64,000 nt of DNA from Eutreptiella sp. 'Long Island Sound 2002' (Eukaryota; Protista; Euglenida): assembly GCA_964036045.1 (NCBI GenBank), contig OZ038378.1:156922001-156986000 (forward strand), read 5' to 3'. Positions 14,001 to 25,468 of the stretch are shown here, piece after piece. Made by a program: the position numbers and the translations under genes. How positions within the stretch are numbered: the stretch's first letter is position 1; every line of letters begins with the position of its first letter. A model generated the notes under the pieces. The model did no database searches. It saw only the letters and a list, made by a program, of their open reading frames with translations, and was not told the DNA's origin.

Positions 14001-17000
14001 TGGCAATCTTACTTGTTACCACAAAAACCAAAACATGCACTTCAATGGGCCATTGGCATTGGGGAATGGCATCTTCGGTGTGTGTGCTACGGTGGGGCTG
14101 CTCGGGATCACGCAGAGTCAAAAATTGGTCAAGCATGTTTTTTTCCAAAACTGATGGGGGACCACTTAGGACCGTAACAATCATGCTCTGGAACCATGGA
14201 GACCCATTTTGGGCCCATGTGCATGAGGAGACTTTCCAAAACCCCTTGAAACTGGCACCCTTTGGGACCCAAAACGGGTTCAAAAACAGGTAGAAAATGA
14301 CCTTTTCCATCTCCTTAAGGACCATCAACAACAATTTATGGACACAAGCTTGCCACACCACACCACACCACACCACACCACACCACACCACACCACACCA
14401 CACCACACCACACCACACCACACCACACCACACCACACCACACCACACCACACCACACCACACCACACCACACCACACCACACCACACCACACCACACCA
14501 CACCATGCTGCACCAAACCACCACACGGTATCGTACCGTATCGCACCGCACGGCACCGCACCACGCCAGTTTTTGTTGTGGGAATAGGCATCTGCTTTCA
14601 AGAATGTTGTGAGCAGCAGATTTTTAGTAAGCAGGGACGGAGGGTGTGTGGTGCTTGCCCAGCCAGTTAACCCCCTTCCCTTTTCCAAGTGCGCGACCCC
14701 CCAACACTACCCATCCTCATCCTTCTCCTCCAACCTCCTCTCACTCTCCCCGCTCCTACCCCTGAATCCCTGAAATCCCCCTCCCCCTCCCCCTCCCCCT
14801 CCCCCTCTGGTTAAACCCCACAGGCCCCCAGATATTTGGGAGATAGGTCGCAGCGGGACCGGTTCCAAGCGCCGCCCCGGGCAAAAGACAGAAGCCATGC
14901 AAGGAGTCAGGCACGATAGTATCCCCATAGAAATGATGACCATCTCGTGTCAGGGGCTTTTTTGCAGAACACAGAAATTAGTGGATGCATCTCACATTTG
15001 GGTGGAGACTTTTCCAAACATTGCTTTGCACTTGAACAGACTCCTCCGTGTCAATACAAGGGGCGGCCACTTGTTGCCCATCAAATGCACAACAACTTGT
15101 TACAGCAGGACGACGAGAGGGAGGGCAGACAACGGGGATGAGACAACAGTGCCACAACCCAATGGTGGATTCAATGAACCTGATGGAGACGCGCAGTCCA
15201 AAGTCAATAACACCCGTGAACGCTTTTTCTTTTGGTGTAGCTCCATTTTTCAAATGCGCTGAATATCATTTGTATTACGTCGACTGAGGCTCCGTGGGAT
15301 TTATTACGGCGGCTGTAATGTAAAGGCCAAGCAATGCGTATGACAATGGCTGAGCTGCATAGGACTTCCACGGATTCTCAATGGCATTTCGACTCATGTA
15401 TCAACTATTTTTTGAAAGGAACAAAGCAAACATTGATGAGATCGTTGGGGATACAAACCAGCAAGAATGGGGTGTGTAGGAGTGGAAGACCTTTGCGGGT
15501 GATCATGCGAGCATGGTCCAGCAATTCATCAGAGAGAGAATTGCCCAATAACATGGTTTGCCGCCTCTCAGCTGTGGGCAAGAAACCTGTGAAAAGCATT
15601 GTGAATAGGCTGTATGACAGCAAGGGGTCCTCTCCTTCCTGACGGTGGACGTGGTGCAGAAGCCACTACAAGTCTGCATTGAATTGATTCCCATCAATGG
15701 TTTCCTGTTTTGTGTTCCAATTAGGTTCCGTGTTAGCAGGTGCTGGAACTGTATTGGGGGAAAACATGCACCTGCAGCAAATGTGGTGGGTCTCAACGCA
15801 CAATATTACATCGGTGGTGCACAATGGGATCGCACCATTGTGCACCGGGTGCACAATGCTGCATTGGAAACAAGTGCCAGGAAGTAGTATTCCTTCCCTG
15901 AAGATCAAGATAAAAAGTGGAAGCGCAATCCATTATGAAGGCCCGCTCTATCCGAGACCCTCCAAACTTTACCATCTTGGGAATGACTGAATGTGAAGCA
16001 TGCCGGCGCCGGCAGGGGAGGGCTGCCAAGCAGCAACACTTGTGAGTAGAGGGTCACCTGCACTCTGATCTCGTTACGTCCAGGAGAGGGAGCTGCTATG
16101 ATGGTCAACCAAGTTGTGCTCTAGGTGGGGCAAGGGCAGGGATGTATTAGAAGGGGCGGAGGGGGGGTCTGAAGGGGAGGGGGAGGGTGGTGGTGGTGGT
16201 GGTGGTGGTGGTGGTGGTGGTGGTGGTGGTGGTGGTGGTGGTGGTGGGGCTGCAGGAGTCTCACCTGCTATGGTATGGGCTGCAGCTTGGCTGGGACCCA
16301 CCCTCCCCACAATTGACCACCATGCGTCGTGGGGTGGTTGGGACCGGGCACACAAACTCTTCCCTGCCGGCTGAGGCAGGTTCTGAAAAGCTGCGAGGGT
16401 CCCGATGACAGGGGGCTCAGAGCTCGCTTCTCCCACGTAAGGCATGTGCTCCGGAGGTCTTAACTCCATCTGCGGTTACCCTGTGGCGGGGTACACGACG
16501 AAGTGAGTTGTCCCCTGTCACCCCGCTGTTGTGCAGAAAAACGAACCGGCTTAGTGAGGGAGAGCCGCCGCATGGCAAGTCCGGCGACTCCAAGGGTCGG
16601 GGTGCACCTCCGAATGTTACCGCCAGCTGGGTCCGATCCGCCGACCCCACGTTCGTACCGCTTACGCTCTGACCACTGAACTAAACCGGCTTTGTGAGGG
16701 AGTGTCGCCGCATGGCAAGTCAGACGACTCCCAAGGGTCAAGTGCACCTCGAGGGAGTGACGCCGCATGGCGAGCCCGATGACTCCCAAGGGCCGTGTGC
16801 ACCTCCGAAATGGCTGGGGGTGGGAGAGCCGCCGCTTGGCGAGTCTGGCGACTCCCAAGGGTCGGGGTGCACCTTCAGCGACTGCCACCAGCTGGGATCG
16901 ATCCACCGACCCCTCATTTGTACTTCTGGTGCTTGGTAACCGGCTCGACTGGAGGAACAGGGGTCGTTTCCTCCTGTGTCATCACGAGGTGGTGGTCGTG

Positions 17001-20000
17001 TGGCCCTGTCCTCACGCCCTGCCCTCACCTGCACTCGCAACGGGTGTGGAGCTTTCGGGGGTGAGCCACACCCTCGCAACGCACCCGACTTGCACACCCT
17101 GCCTGCACCGTGTGGTGCCCGGGTGCTCCCGGTGGGGGCCTCGGTCCCCACCCGTGCCGCGCCGCCTGGGGGGGGACACGCCCGGCCGCTGCCTGGGGGA
17201 GGGAGGAGGGGGGGGGGGCTCCTCGGGATCCTTGGGTCCCCCTATGGTCCCCACCAAAGGCGGGCCGAAAAATTGTAAGCGTAAATCCTCTTGGCGCCGA
17301 AGGTGCCGAAGCAAAATTTTGGCTGTCAGCCTCAAACATTGGAAGGGGAGGAAGGGGGAGGAGAGGGGTCCAGGGGGGCTACCCCCCCCCTCCTCCTCCT
17401 GCGGTGTACAGCCGTTCTAATTCATCCCTGGGCAAGGGGTCCCACAGCACACAAACGCCGTGACTGCGCACCTGCCGGCGCTTGGATCTTCACTGCAACT
17501 CTGCCATGCAATGATATTGCTATGCTTCGATGGTTTCTCGCAGGTGCTCTGGAAAAAACTGTCTCGATATGAGCGTTGAGTATTTCAGTCTTAGAAATGA
17601 TGCGCAGACAAACCCTGCGAACAGGAGACAGGTATACCAAGTAGACGTTCAACGTCCGGCCATAGGCCTTGCAGTAACAGACGGTCCGCCTCATCCAAAA
17701 TCAGCATCCGGACGCTGGAGGTTTTCTCTTGCACACCAGGAGTCCCCCTAAAATGCTCTAGCAGCCGCCCCGGAGTTGCAATCAGGATATCCAAGTCTCG
17801 CTGAAACTTCGAGATGTCTCGGTTCATATTGGTGGTTTCGACAGCCTGCAAAACACAGCACACAAGACACTTTCACTGCTGGCAGACCTTGGGTGGGTCT
17901 CCCAATCCGTGCCTGTTTGCAGGACAGGGGTGCACCCACACAGGCTATGGCCAAACCTGTGCCTGAAAAAGCGGCCTCCCTGTACAGGGGTTGACTGCAC
18001 AAAAAACTGGAACAGCTCCGCATTAGATAGTTGCTCCCAGTAAAATGATCTGGTGATGATGGTATGAGGGCTGCGTGACCCACACTACTGGGCAAGGGCA
18101 ACCGCAAACTCACCAGCCAGGTGTTGCAGAGGTTTCCGTCTGTTCTTACAATGTAGACTTTGGTTCCAGTGGGGCACTCAATCACCTGCTGTGCGCCACG
18201 GTGAGCTGAGACTGGGCTTGAGGTGCATTGCATTGAGTTCAAAACGACAAGCAGAAGGGACTGTCGGACATCCTAGTCCCGATCTTAAAATGCCATATTT
18301 TCGCCCAATACGCCCCAGCACAACCCAACCCAACCCATCCTTCCGCCTACTTCATTCGCAAAAAATGCCTTTATCCAATACTTCAGGCGTGTCAGGCCTG
18401 TCAGTTGGTATGGCTCTGAAACTGTACACTTTGCACTTTCCAGTGCATGCAAAATTGCAACAACCTTGGGCACACAGCAGGGGGGTGCTGAAGTGTAGAC
18501 CCGGACCCTGTAACGCAGGGTCCAAGCACACCTAGGGTGGCAAGGCCGAAATCAAACCAAGCAAGACCGGCCCGTAAGTTAGGGCTGATTTTCAAAATTG
18601 TCACGCAATTAGGGGTCGCGACAACCCTGCAATCTTTTTGCTCGCTGCCGCCCATGGACGGGGATGATGCATTGGGAAAAACATCGGGAAAAGGGGTTGT
18701 TGTGACACATGTCATGTGCCCCGTGTGCCTCGTGTGCATCATTTGAGAATTTGAGTCCGGATTGCACCAGATTAATAGCAAAGGTGACCTCCTTTCAGAC
18801 CAGATTAGGAGTAGGTGGAGTATTGTCCACAACATTTCTAGGGTAGGGAAAGGGCACCCCAGCCAAGGGGAACATGCCCCCACATAAACAGCAATCGCAG
18901 ACAAGACGACCTGAAATCTATCTTCACTGGGATAGGTGCCAGGAAAGGGGGGCCCAAAATGCGAACAGAAGGTAGCAATGTTAGTAGACAGTTGGACCGA
19001 AACAGGGGGGCAATATGTCAGCCACAACAGTGTGGTCGACTATCGGTTGTACATGACAACCAGGCTGCAGGGGGCATGCAGTGGGGGGTTTGAACAAACT
19101 GGCACTTGGATCCTGGGTAAGAGGGTGACAGGGCATGTGTGTGTATATTGTCCCTAACAGCAGCAACAACAACGAAAACGACGACAACATGGGTTGTATC
19201 GTGTTGTGTTGTGCTGTCGTGTGCTGTGCTGTGGTGTGGTGTGCTGTGTTACGTTGCGTCGCGTTGCGCCCTTTCGCGTTGCGTAGCTTATGTTGTGTTC
19301 GTTCATGTGCGGGCCAAACGACCAGCAGTCATAAACCCCAACAGGTGCCCACCACTGGGACCTTCACGGCACTACAGGAGCTCAGCTCATCTGGGCAGTC
19401 CAGTGCTCACCGACACTCTTGCACCATCCCCAGCCCTGCGGTGGGCTCCCGCCACTCCGTGGCCCCTGGCGTCCACATGTGCTGATGCCCACCCAGCCTG
19501 AGCGACACCAGCCAACGCTTTGCCTTTCTATGCCCGGCCGCACACCAGCCTGCGTCCCAGGGAGGAAAGAGGGGAAGCTTTCAACGCACCGCCTTCCTGG
19601 ACACTGCGGCTCGTAGGTACTGGGCCTACAGCACGGCTTCCTTAACCACCGCCCAGCATGACACTTCTGCTTGCGGGCACGACAGGAGGGGGCACATTGC
19701 AGCGCATTGGTTTGTGAAGTGCACACATAAAGAACAACGCCAAACGAATGAATCGAGGCGAGGCTGTTCCGTGGTCTCAAATACTAAAGTGGTCTGGGGC
19801 TCTTTCAGGAGGGGACGGTTGCTGTGGTCTTCTTCTGGCTGCATTTTTTCAATTTGGTAATTGGAGGTTCCTGGTCTTGCCGCCATTGGTTTTGGTTGTG
19901 CTCCTTCATGATCACCCGATATCTGCGGCATGAGATCGGGTGTCTGCATCCCGTGCACAGTGGCTCGAGATGCGGCGCAGACCCGCCTGGCGCTGTGCAC

Positions 20001-23000
20001 TGCCCACATCACTGGCGGCGAGTGCCGTCCGAGCACTCCACCGGCCGGGCTGCTGGACGTGGTCACGGAGTGGCCGGCAGTTTTGCACACGTCGGTTTTT
20101 TTCGCTTCCGGGTGCTGCCTGGTTTGTGTCCGGGTTTGCGTCCGTGGTGGTGTGCAGTTTGCTTGACGGGGTTGCTTCCGGGTGTGCCTCTGGATTTGTT
20201 CTGGCCGGGTGCTCTTCCGCTGGATGTGCTTCGGGGTTCGCTTTGGGAGCTTCCAGGAGTCTTTCCGGGTGTGCTTCCGGGTTTGTGTCACTGCCAGCAA
20301 CCGTTTTGTCACTTTCTTGTGCTTGATCCAGGCCAACAGCACCTGGCAGCAGGTGAGAAAAAAAAACCAGGGGCAGAAAACAGTAAGAGAGATGGCCTGC
20401 AGCAGGTACGCCCTTGGCACAACTCACTGGAAGGCTGGAGCTTTGGGTAAGGGTGCATTCTCCCACTTTACCGGAATAAACCAGGGGTCTCCGCAGTCCA
20501 TTGGATGACGCAGGTAGGAAAATTGGGGTTCTTTTCATCAGCGGACACGTCCCTCATATGACCATGAAGAGCACCAAGCAAACGCTGGGAGGGGGCTTGC
20601 CCGCTCCCCAGCCCTCCTGATGGCACACCATTGCAGTGTTGATGTCCGTGTACTTGGTCAACTTGATGCACGTACCCATGACCTGTGCAGCAGCGTCCTT
20701 TGAGGCAGCCAATATGATGGCAGAGATCTTGTTGCGGGGCCGCGTGGCGTGATACAAATGGTCCACAACAGGGACCAGGAAAGCAAGGCTTTTGCCTGAA
20801 AAATCGAATGAAGCAAGGTCAGAACTCCAAGTGCCTGAGTGTTTTCTATGCTCAGTTCACACATGTGGATCCTGGTTGTTGGTCTGTTTGAGGCTGTACT
20901 GCGACCACTGTTGATACCGGCAATGCTAAAACTGCACCATAAATGCCGCCCAGCTGCTATCCGCTCCGGAGGTGACTGCCAATAGTGCTGTGCCCCATAC
21001 TGCACCTCATGCACCACACCAGGTCCTAGTATTTGTAGGTAAATTTCAACGTATCAGGGAGCACGAAAATTGGACGAAAACACTAGCTAGGCCCCCTTTT
21101 GGGGTTTCGACGTTTCATTGTCTCTGGCATCCCTTTGGCATCCCGATGTCATGCCCCATGCAGTCATGTGCTTGGAATAGGGAGACCTGAGGGGGCTGGG
21201 GGCCGGCCCTGCTCCTTGCCAACTGGCGTCTGGATTGTTTTGGCGCTGTAAGCGCCGAAAATGTCTTTCCGGGTGGATGACGTTGATAAATTCCTTTGGG
21301 TATTGCTCTGGATTGTTGCTGTTCTTTCCTCGTGGCTCTGGATGGTTGCTGTCCTTTTTCATTTTCATACAAGAGTCACAGGACACAACAAGCATAAGAC
21401 GGTGCACATCAATCAGGTAGGACGGATCAGTACAATTTAATCGGAGTCCGATGAGGAGCTTGAGGATCCTGAAGATGAAGATGAAGATGATGAGGGGGAT
21501 GATGAACTTGAACAATCGGTCAGGCACTCAGTATCCTCTGGGCCAACACCCTCTGCCGCTGAGCCTCTGTCCTCATCAAAATTTCCCTTTTTCGTGCCCT
21601 TATCTCTGCGTGCAGCCCTCAATTGGCGAATGCGGCGCTTCCTGCGCCACAGGTCAACCACAGGGTCAAAATCATACTGCAGCCATGGACCTGCATCTGT
21701 ACAGACCCAAGAAGCTGCTCCAACATGCACATACCAATTTTCAGACGACCTAGAACTGGAGGAGGGGGCTGGACCCCGGGGGGGGGGGGGGCAGGGGGTT
21801 GGCATGTTGCCATGTTGTGTTGTTCTCGTCTGCAGCTGGCGGCGCCTACTGGCCGATCGCCATTCGCTGTCTTTCCCTTGGAACCTTTCCCTCCATCGGC
21901 GGTGGTGCCCATCGGTCTGGGTCCCTCCTCTTCCTCCTTGCCCTATCTGTGTTGCGTCCCATTCCCCACGGGTGGCGCGCGTGGGTGTGGTGTGTGTGGC
22001 GGGTGGTGTAGGTTGTTGGGCAGGGATGAGAGAGGGGGGGGGGGGGGGCGGGCCCTCCTCCTGACCATCTTCGGATTCAAGCACGTGACTGCCCGTACCC
22101 GATGGAATCGCACACCACAAACGCTGAGCCACAGCGCGCAATACGCCACTTGCCACACACCTGCACCCCGATCGGCCTGAACCACCAAATCCAGGCCATG
22201 CAGCGCAGCAGGGATGACACTCTCCTGGACGGCTGTGGCCTTCGTCACGCCCAGGTCGAAATGCAGCGCTCGCTGCACGGGGATGGACAGGGGCAGCGAC
22301 TGCAAAGTGGTGTTGGTCAGGTACTGCTGCAAGCGCACCTCGGTCACCACTTCGGCCGGCACTGCCTCTGGAGCACGTGGAACAAGCGTTCGGCGGAACT
22401 TCTGGGGAGCCCTTGATGTAGTCTGAGGTTCAGACTGCATGGACCTGCGCGAAAAACGTTGAGGCAGGGGCGGCTGATGCTGTAGAGGCCTGCACAGGCT
22501 TTGGTGAGGGCTGGTGAGAGGTCGTCCATAGATTGTTTACGTCGGTGGTTGGCGAATTGCAGCGGGCTGCGGAGGGTCGCTTGATTACGGTTAAAGAGGC
22601 TTGATGATAGCTTCGGCAGGTTGTAAATGTTTGCTGGAGGGTGCAGAGGCAAATGAGCGCTCCAGATGGTCGTTGAGGCGACACAGAGATGCAGAGGATT
22701 GGACATGTACAAGGCGGTGGAGGGGGGTAGGCAGAAAAGGGTTGTGAAGGGTTGCGGCGGGCACTATCAATCCTCTACACCCTCTGCAATGTGTGCCCAA
22801 CGCCATCAATCCTCACCAGCGCTGAATCGACCCCACCAAGAGCTTTTCAGCACAACCAACAATCCAAATCAACAGCCTTCACGGAATTCCTCCAACATCA
22901 ACTGGCATGCCAGCCCAAATAGGCGAACGCACCTTGCGTCTGATCTCGTGTTTACGGATCGTCGCCGCTGCATCTTCCGACCGGAATTGTAGTAAGGGGC

Positions 23001-25468
23001 AGTGCTGTAATCTGAGCTGCCAGCTTGCCTGCCTCTTCCCTGTGATCTTCGTTTCCAGGTCCCGCTTCCTTTGCCCCAATTGTCCCAATTGCGGTCGCTG
23101 GCAGATGCCCACCCTGCATCCCACCCTTGCCAATTTGCCTCAGCTGAGTCAGGTTTCTGGCCCCAGCCACCTGAGCCCCAGTCCTCTACCTGCCACCACC
23201 CCTGGTCAGAATTGGCATATTCACGGCCAGATCCGGTCTTGCCCCCCTGTCCGCGCTGCTCTGGCCCCCACCAGGCCTCCTGCGCTTGGGACTGTTGCCA
23301 GCCCCTCCCATTGCTGTACCAATTAGCGGAGCCTGTGTCTGTGGGCTGAGCGGAGTTCCAATACTTTGCCTCTGCTGCTGCTGCTCCAAAGTCCGCCTGT
23401 TGGTCCTGTGGAAGGCAACCACAGGCAGGATGAAAGTGGCGGGCAAAGGAGGAGGAAGGCGTACATGCAAAGTGCGCTGGGTGGGCGCTCGCTGGAGCCA
23501 CGCGCACGTCACATGCCAAGGCCCAACATGGGCAGAGCAGAGTGGAGCGCAAAGCGATGCGGCGGGGTGGTCACCAAGATGGCCCTGTGGCGTGCTTGTT
23601 GCTTACTGCGACTTGCGTTGGGGTTTTATGGGAGAGGGGCGTAGATATATATACGACTACGCCCGTCTCCACTTAAAATCGAGCTGATAAACAACATGGA
23701 GCAAGGAAAAAGAATACATTACCGAGCCTTTTCACCCTTGGCGCTTTGGCACCCTCTGACTCGACCCTTCCCCAATGCAAGGTGTGGGCAATCCGTGTAT
23801 GAGGGGTAGTATCACTCAAATTGCCCCCCCACTTGAAAACTTGGCTGCTTTCAGGTCGGCGTGGATCGGCTAGATTGTGTTTTCAGGTCGGCGTTCAGGT
23901 TGCCGACATTGTGATATTGGGTCGCCTGTGGCCTTCCTTTTTGGAGGTTGCGACAAGTAGGACACAATGAGTACATATAAACATTTGGAAGCCACCTCGG
24001 CGCACTCCTCGGTGCAATTATGGGTCCAACAAATGGGTCTGGGCTAGTGCATGGTAGCCGCAATCGCCCAACAAAGTACCAAATGTGCCCACGCTGACTG
24101 CGAAAAACTGGACTTTATTTCGGCATATTTTTGGGATTCATTGGACAGATATTGGACATGTTGTGGAGGTAGACGGAACAAGTTTCGTTGTCAGAAGCAA
24201 GTGGGTTTGGCAGAGTAAGCATCATTTCTTGGCATGTGGGGAAGGGGGGTAATTGGATAGTGGACCCAAGACCCCCCCCGCCTTTGGTTCGCATCAACGG
24301 CCGCCATTGGCCAAAGTTGTGCACCCCCCTCCCTTTAACATTTGTTTGTGTAGGTGTTCTGTAGGGGGGACCCAACCAAAAACTCTTGTGCGGATACGTC
24401 TGTCAATGAGGGATCAAAAGGTGGGGTGTTGTGGGTGATCCTTAGAAGTGAATATACACTCTCCCTGAGGGGCTGTGTGATTGTTGGGCAGGGAAAACGC
24501 ACAAGAGGGGGGAGGAGCTTGCTGGACAAAACCCTTACCCGGACGGGTTGATGCACCTTGAACTCGCTGGCCATGCCATCCGCAGTAGGGCCAGTATCCT
24601 GCTCAGGTTGCTCAGGGGCTGCGTTGGGGCCTGGAGATTGCAGATCGTCGTCTGGAAGTGCCCACACTCTGCAAACATGCAGGGTCAAGCCGCAGAACGC
24701 GAAATTCACCCCAAGCCAACGTGTCACATACTGCACATCTTTGAAAATTCGAGCGCCAACAGAAGGAGTGAAATGAACCCTGTAGCGCTTCTGCAGAATC
24801 ATTAACTGCTGTGTTGGATCCGTTTGGGCAACTGTTTCCTTCCTTGGCTGCCTTCACCAAGATTCTTAGTGAACAATGGCAACTTTGCCTTGGCTTGGAC
24901 ATTAGGAATATTTCAGGCAAATCAAAGCCATCTGCACCAAGCATGGTTGCCAGTTATTTCGTGTTGGGGCAGAGTCCTGCTTGGAAGCGACACAAAAAAG
25001 CCTGAGAAATGCGAACCCGTCACCGTGAGGTGAACGACTAGGCAGCAATACGCTTCCAGGGCAGCCGAAGCGCACCTCATCCCCAGCCCCCAAACATAAC
25101 TGTAAGTGGATACCTGGTAGTAAGGCGTATGCTGCCAGGGCGCGAATGGGTAGCTGCGGCAAAAAATTGTACCGCGGTGGGGCCTGGAAAAAAAGAAAGG
25201 TAGCACCAACCCCTGGTGGGAATGTCTTTGCAAATCACGAGTTCAGGGCCCATGATGCAGCGTCCAAAACGGTTGGTTGGGCATGAAACCTCGCACAGGC
25301 CACACCTTTGCACCAGGCCAGCATCATGAAGCACACCACTACAACAACAACCGCCAAAATTCGCTTCCCAAATTTGAATGCCCGCACATCACTGCGAGTT
25401 GCAGGCTTTCTGTCCCACGTATCATAACGAGGATGATTGTCCTCGCAATAATAAAAACAACGAGCCAT
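2642..25468 (-). CDS. Multi-exon DEAD-box RNA helicase-like gene (Mss116/RH25-26-31-like), degenerate motifs, putative plastid presequence
   Basis: Phase-consistent GT-AG exons: 25468-25306, 25183-25114, 24668-24557, 23405-22933, 22444-22161, 20795-20629, 17845-17638, 15586-15491, [one or more unresolved], 12322-12169, 11486-11410, 9879-9757, 9318-9172, 5785-5720, 2719-2642. The Q motif and motifs I, Ia, Ib, II (DEAD), III, IV, V, VI plus the C-terminal extension appear in the correct order. The 3' end is unresolved. Confidence 0.85.
5048..5090. repeat. (GT)n microsatellite
   Basis: Direct reading. Confidence 0.95.
5720..5785 (-). CDS. Helicase exon, C-terminal extension
   Basis: catcag|VYVSFLGFYLEVASKVGLSKQQ|GTGTTC resembles the AY.S.LG.Y segment of Mss116-like helicases; phase 0/0. 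Confidence 0.75.
7514..8396. mobile_element. Second AWWT-TSD (Sola1-like) non-autonomous element
   Basis: CTCTCTGGGAC ... GTCCCAGAGAG termini. ATAT is duplicated at 7510-7513 and 8397-8400. About 150-200 bp of each end resembles 475-1331; the interior is different. Confidence 0.85.
9172..9318 (-). CDS. Helicase exon
   Basis: gcacag|AYLEQVAPFGVKN...SERTLQ|GTGTAC; phase 0/0. Confidence 0.7.
9757..9879 (-). CDS. Helicase exon carrying the degenerate motif VI region
   Basis: taccag|VGMTASVSSYAVRTGQQPPLPG...HTVLLLADFEE|GTTGCG, colinear with QVG.P...Y.HR.GRT.R.G...LLL..FE. Confidence 0.75.
11410..11486 (-). CDS. Helicase exon, motif V
   Basis: caacag|(G)KNVILFATEVPAKGLSYGEVSCVIQ|GTTGGC; phase 1/0. 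Confidence 0.8.
12169..12322 (-). CDS. Helicase exon, motifs IV-IVa
   Basis: gcacag|RPPYKIVVYFATSRLTQVMAELFKGMGIPVLETHRRKSFAHRAQVTEQFRQG|GTATGG. Confidence 0.85.
14353..14506. repeat. (CACAC/CACCA)n pentanucleotide microsatellite
   Basis: About 30 perfect units; source of the spurious HHTTP/CGVVW ORFs. Confidence 0.95.
15491..15586 (-). CDS. Helicase exon, motif III region
   Basis: tcacag|(G)FLPTAERRQTMLLGNSLSDELLDHARMITRK|GTCTTC; phase 1/1. Confidence 0.8.
16137..17430. mobile_element. 1.3-kb hAT-type non-autonomous element (intronic)
   Basis: TIR CAGGGATGTATTAGAA / TTCTAATTCATCCCTG. Perfect 8-bp TSD GGCAAGGG (16129-16136, 17431-17438). Contains (GGT)n at about 16188-16245 and 55-60-bp tandem repeats at 16560-16875. 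Confidence 0.9.
17638..17845 (-). CDS. Helicase exon, motifs Ib and II
   Basis: ttgcag|AVETTNMNRDISKFQRDLDILIATPGRLLEHF...LILDEADRLL...ERLL|GTATAC. Confidence 0.92.
20629..20795 (-). CDS. Helicase exon, motifs I (3' half) and Ia
   Basis: tttcag|(G)KSLAFLVPVVDHL...SAIILAASKDAAAQV...TAM|GTGTGC. Splicing to the previous exon gives ADRGAGKS. Confidence 0.85.
22161..22444 (-). CDS. Helicase exon, Q motif and motif I (5' half)
   Basis: cgcag|...LQSLPLSIPVQRALHFDLGVTKATAVQESVIPAALHGLDLVVQADRGA|GTGTGT. Confidence 0.88.
22933..23405 (-). CDS. Helicase exon, Trp/Gly-rich low-complexity N-terminal region
   Basis: ccacag|DQQADF... to AAG|GTGCGT; phase 0/2 fits both neighbours; 15 Trp in about 158 aa. 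Confidence 0.75.
24557..25468 (-). CDS. Putative exons 1-3 of the helicase gene (25468-25306, 25183-25114, 24668-24557): signal peptide plus transit-peptide-like segment
   Basis: ATG at 25468 lies downstream of a polypyrimidine-AG. Canonical donors and acceptors have matching phases 1, 2, 0. Hydrophobic ILAVVVVVVCFMMLAW is followed by S/T/A/R-rich PTAVQFFAAATHSRPGSIRLTTRVWA. Confidence 0.55.

Noticed and set aside
13990-14050. VHVLVFVVTSK with a GTAAGA donor as helicase motif IV
   Set aside because: A far better motif IV-IVa exon with proper splice sites exists at 12322-12169.
14297-14688. HHTTP/CGVVW repeat ORFs (likewise CVVLC/HNTTQ at 44488-45255)
   Set aside because: Translations of pentanucleotide microsatellites.
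12543-15072. Candidates for the missing exon(s) between motifs III and IV (about 15072-14996 CIDTEES; about 12594-12543 FLDLIGTPPED)
   Set aside because: Acceptors are weak and I could not choose between them without cDNA; left unannotated.
19626-20450. 264-aa and overlapping ORFs inside a helicase intron
   Set aside because: Low-complexity, built on short ACCCGGAAGCAC-like repeats; no motif; open in several frames.
21437-22156. 239-aa acidic/Ser-rich minus-strand ORF
   Set aside because: Lies in the 20796-22160 intron, is low-complexity and has no domain signature; may be repeat-derived.
2642-25468. Euglenid non-conventional (non-GT-AG) introns
   Set aside because: All resolved junctions fit GT-AG, so none is needed; one cannot be excluded in the unresolved segments.
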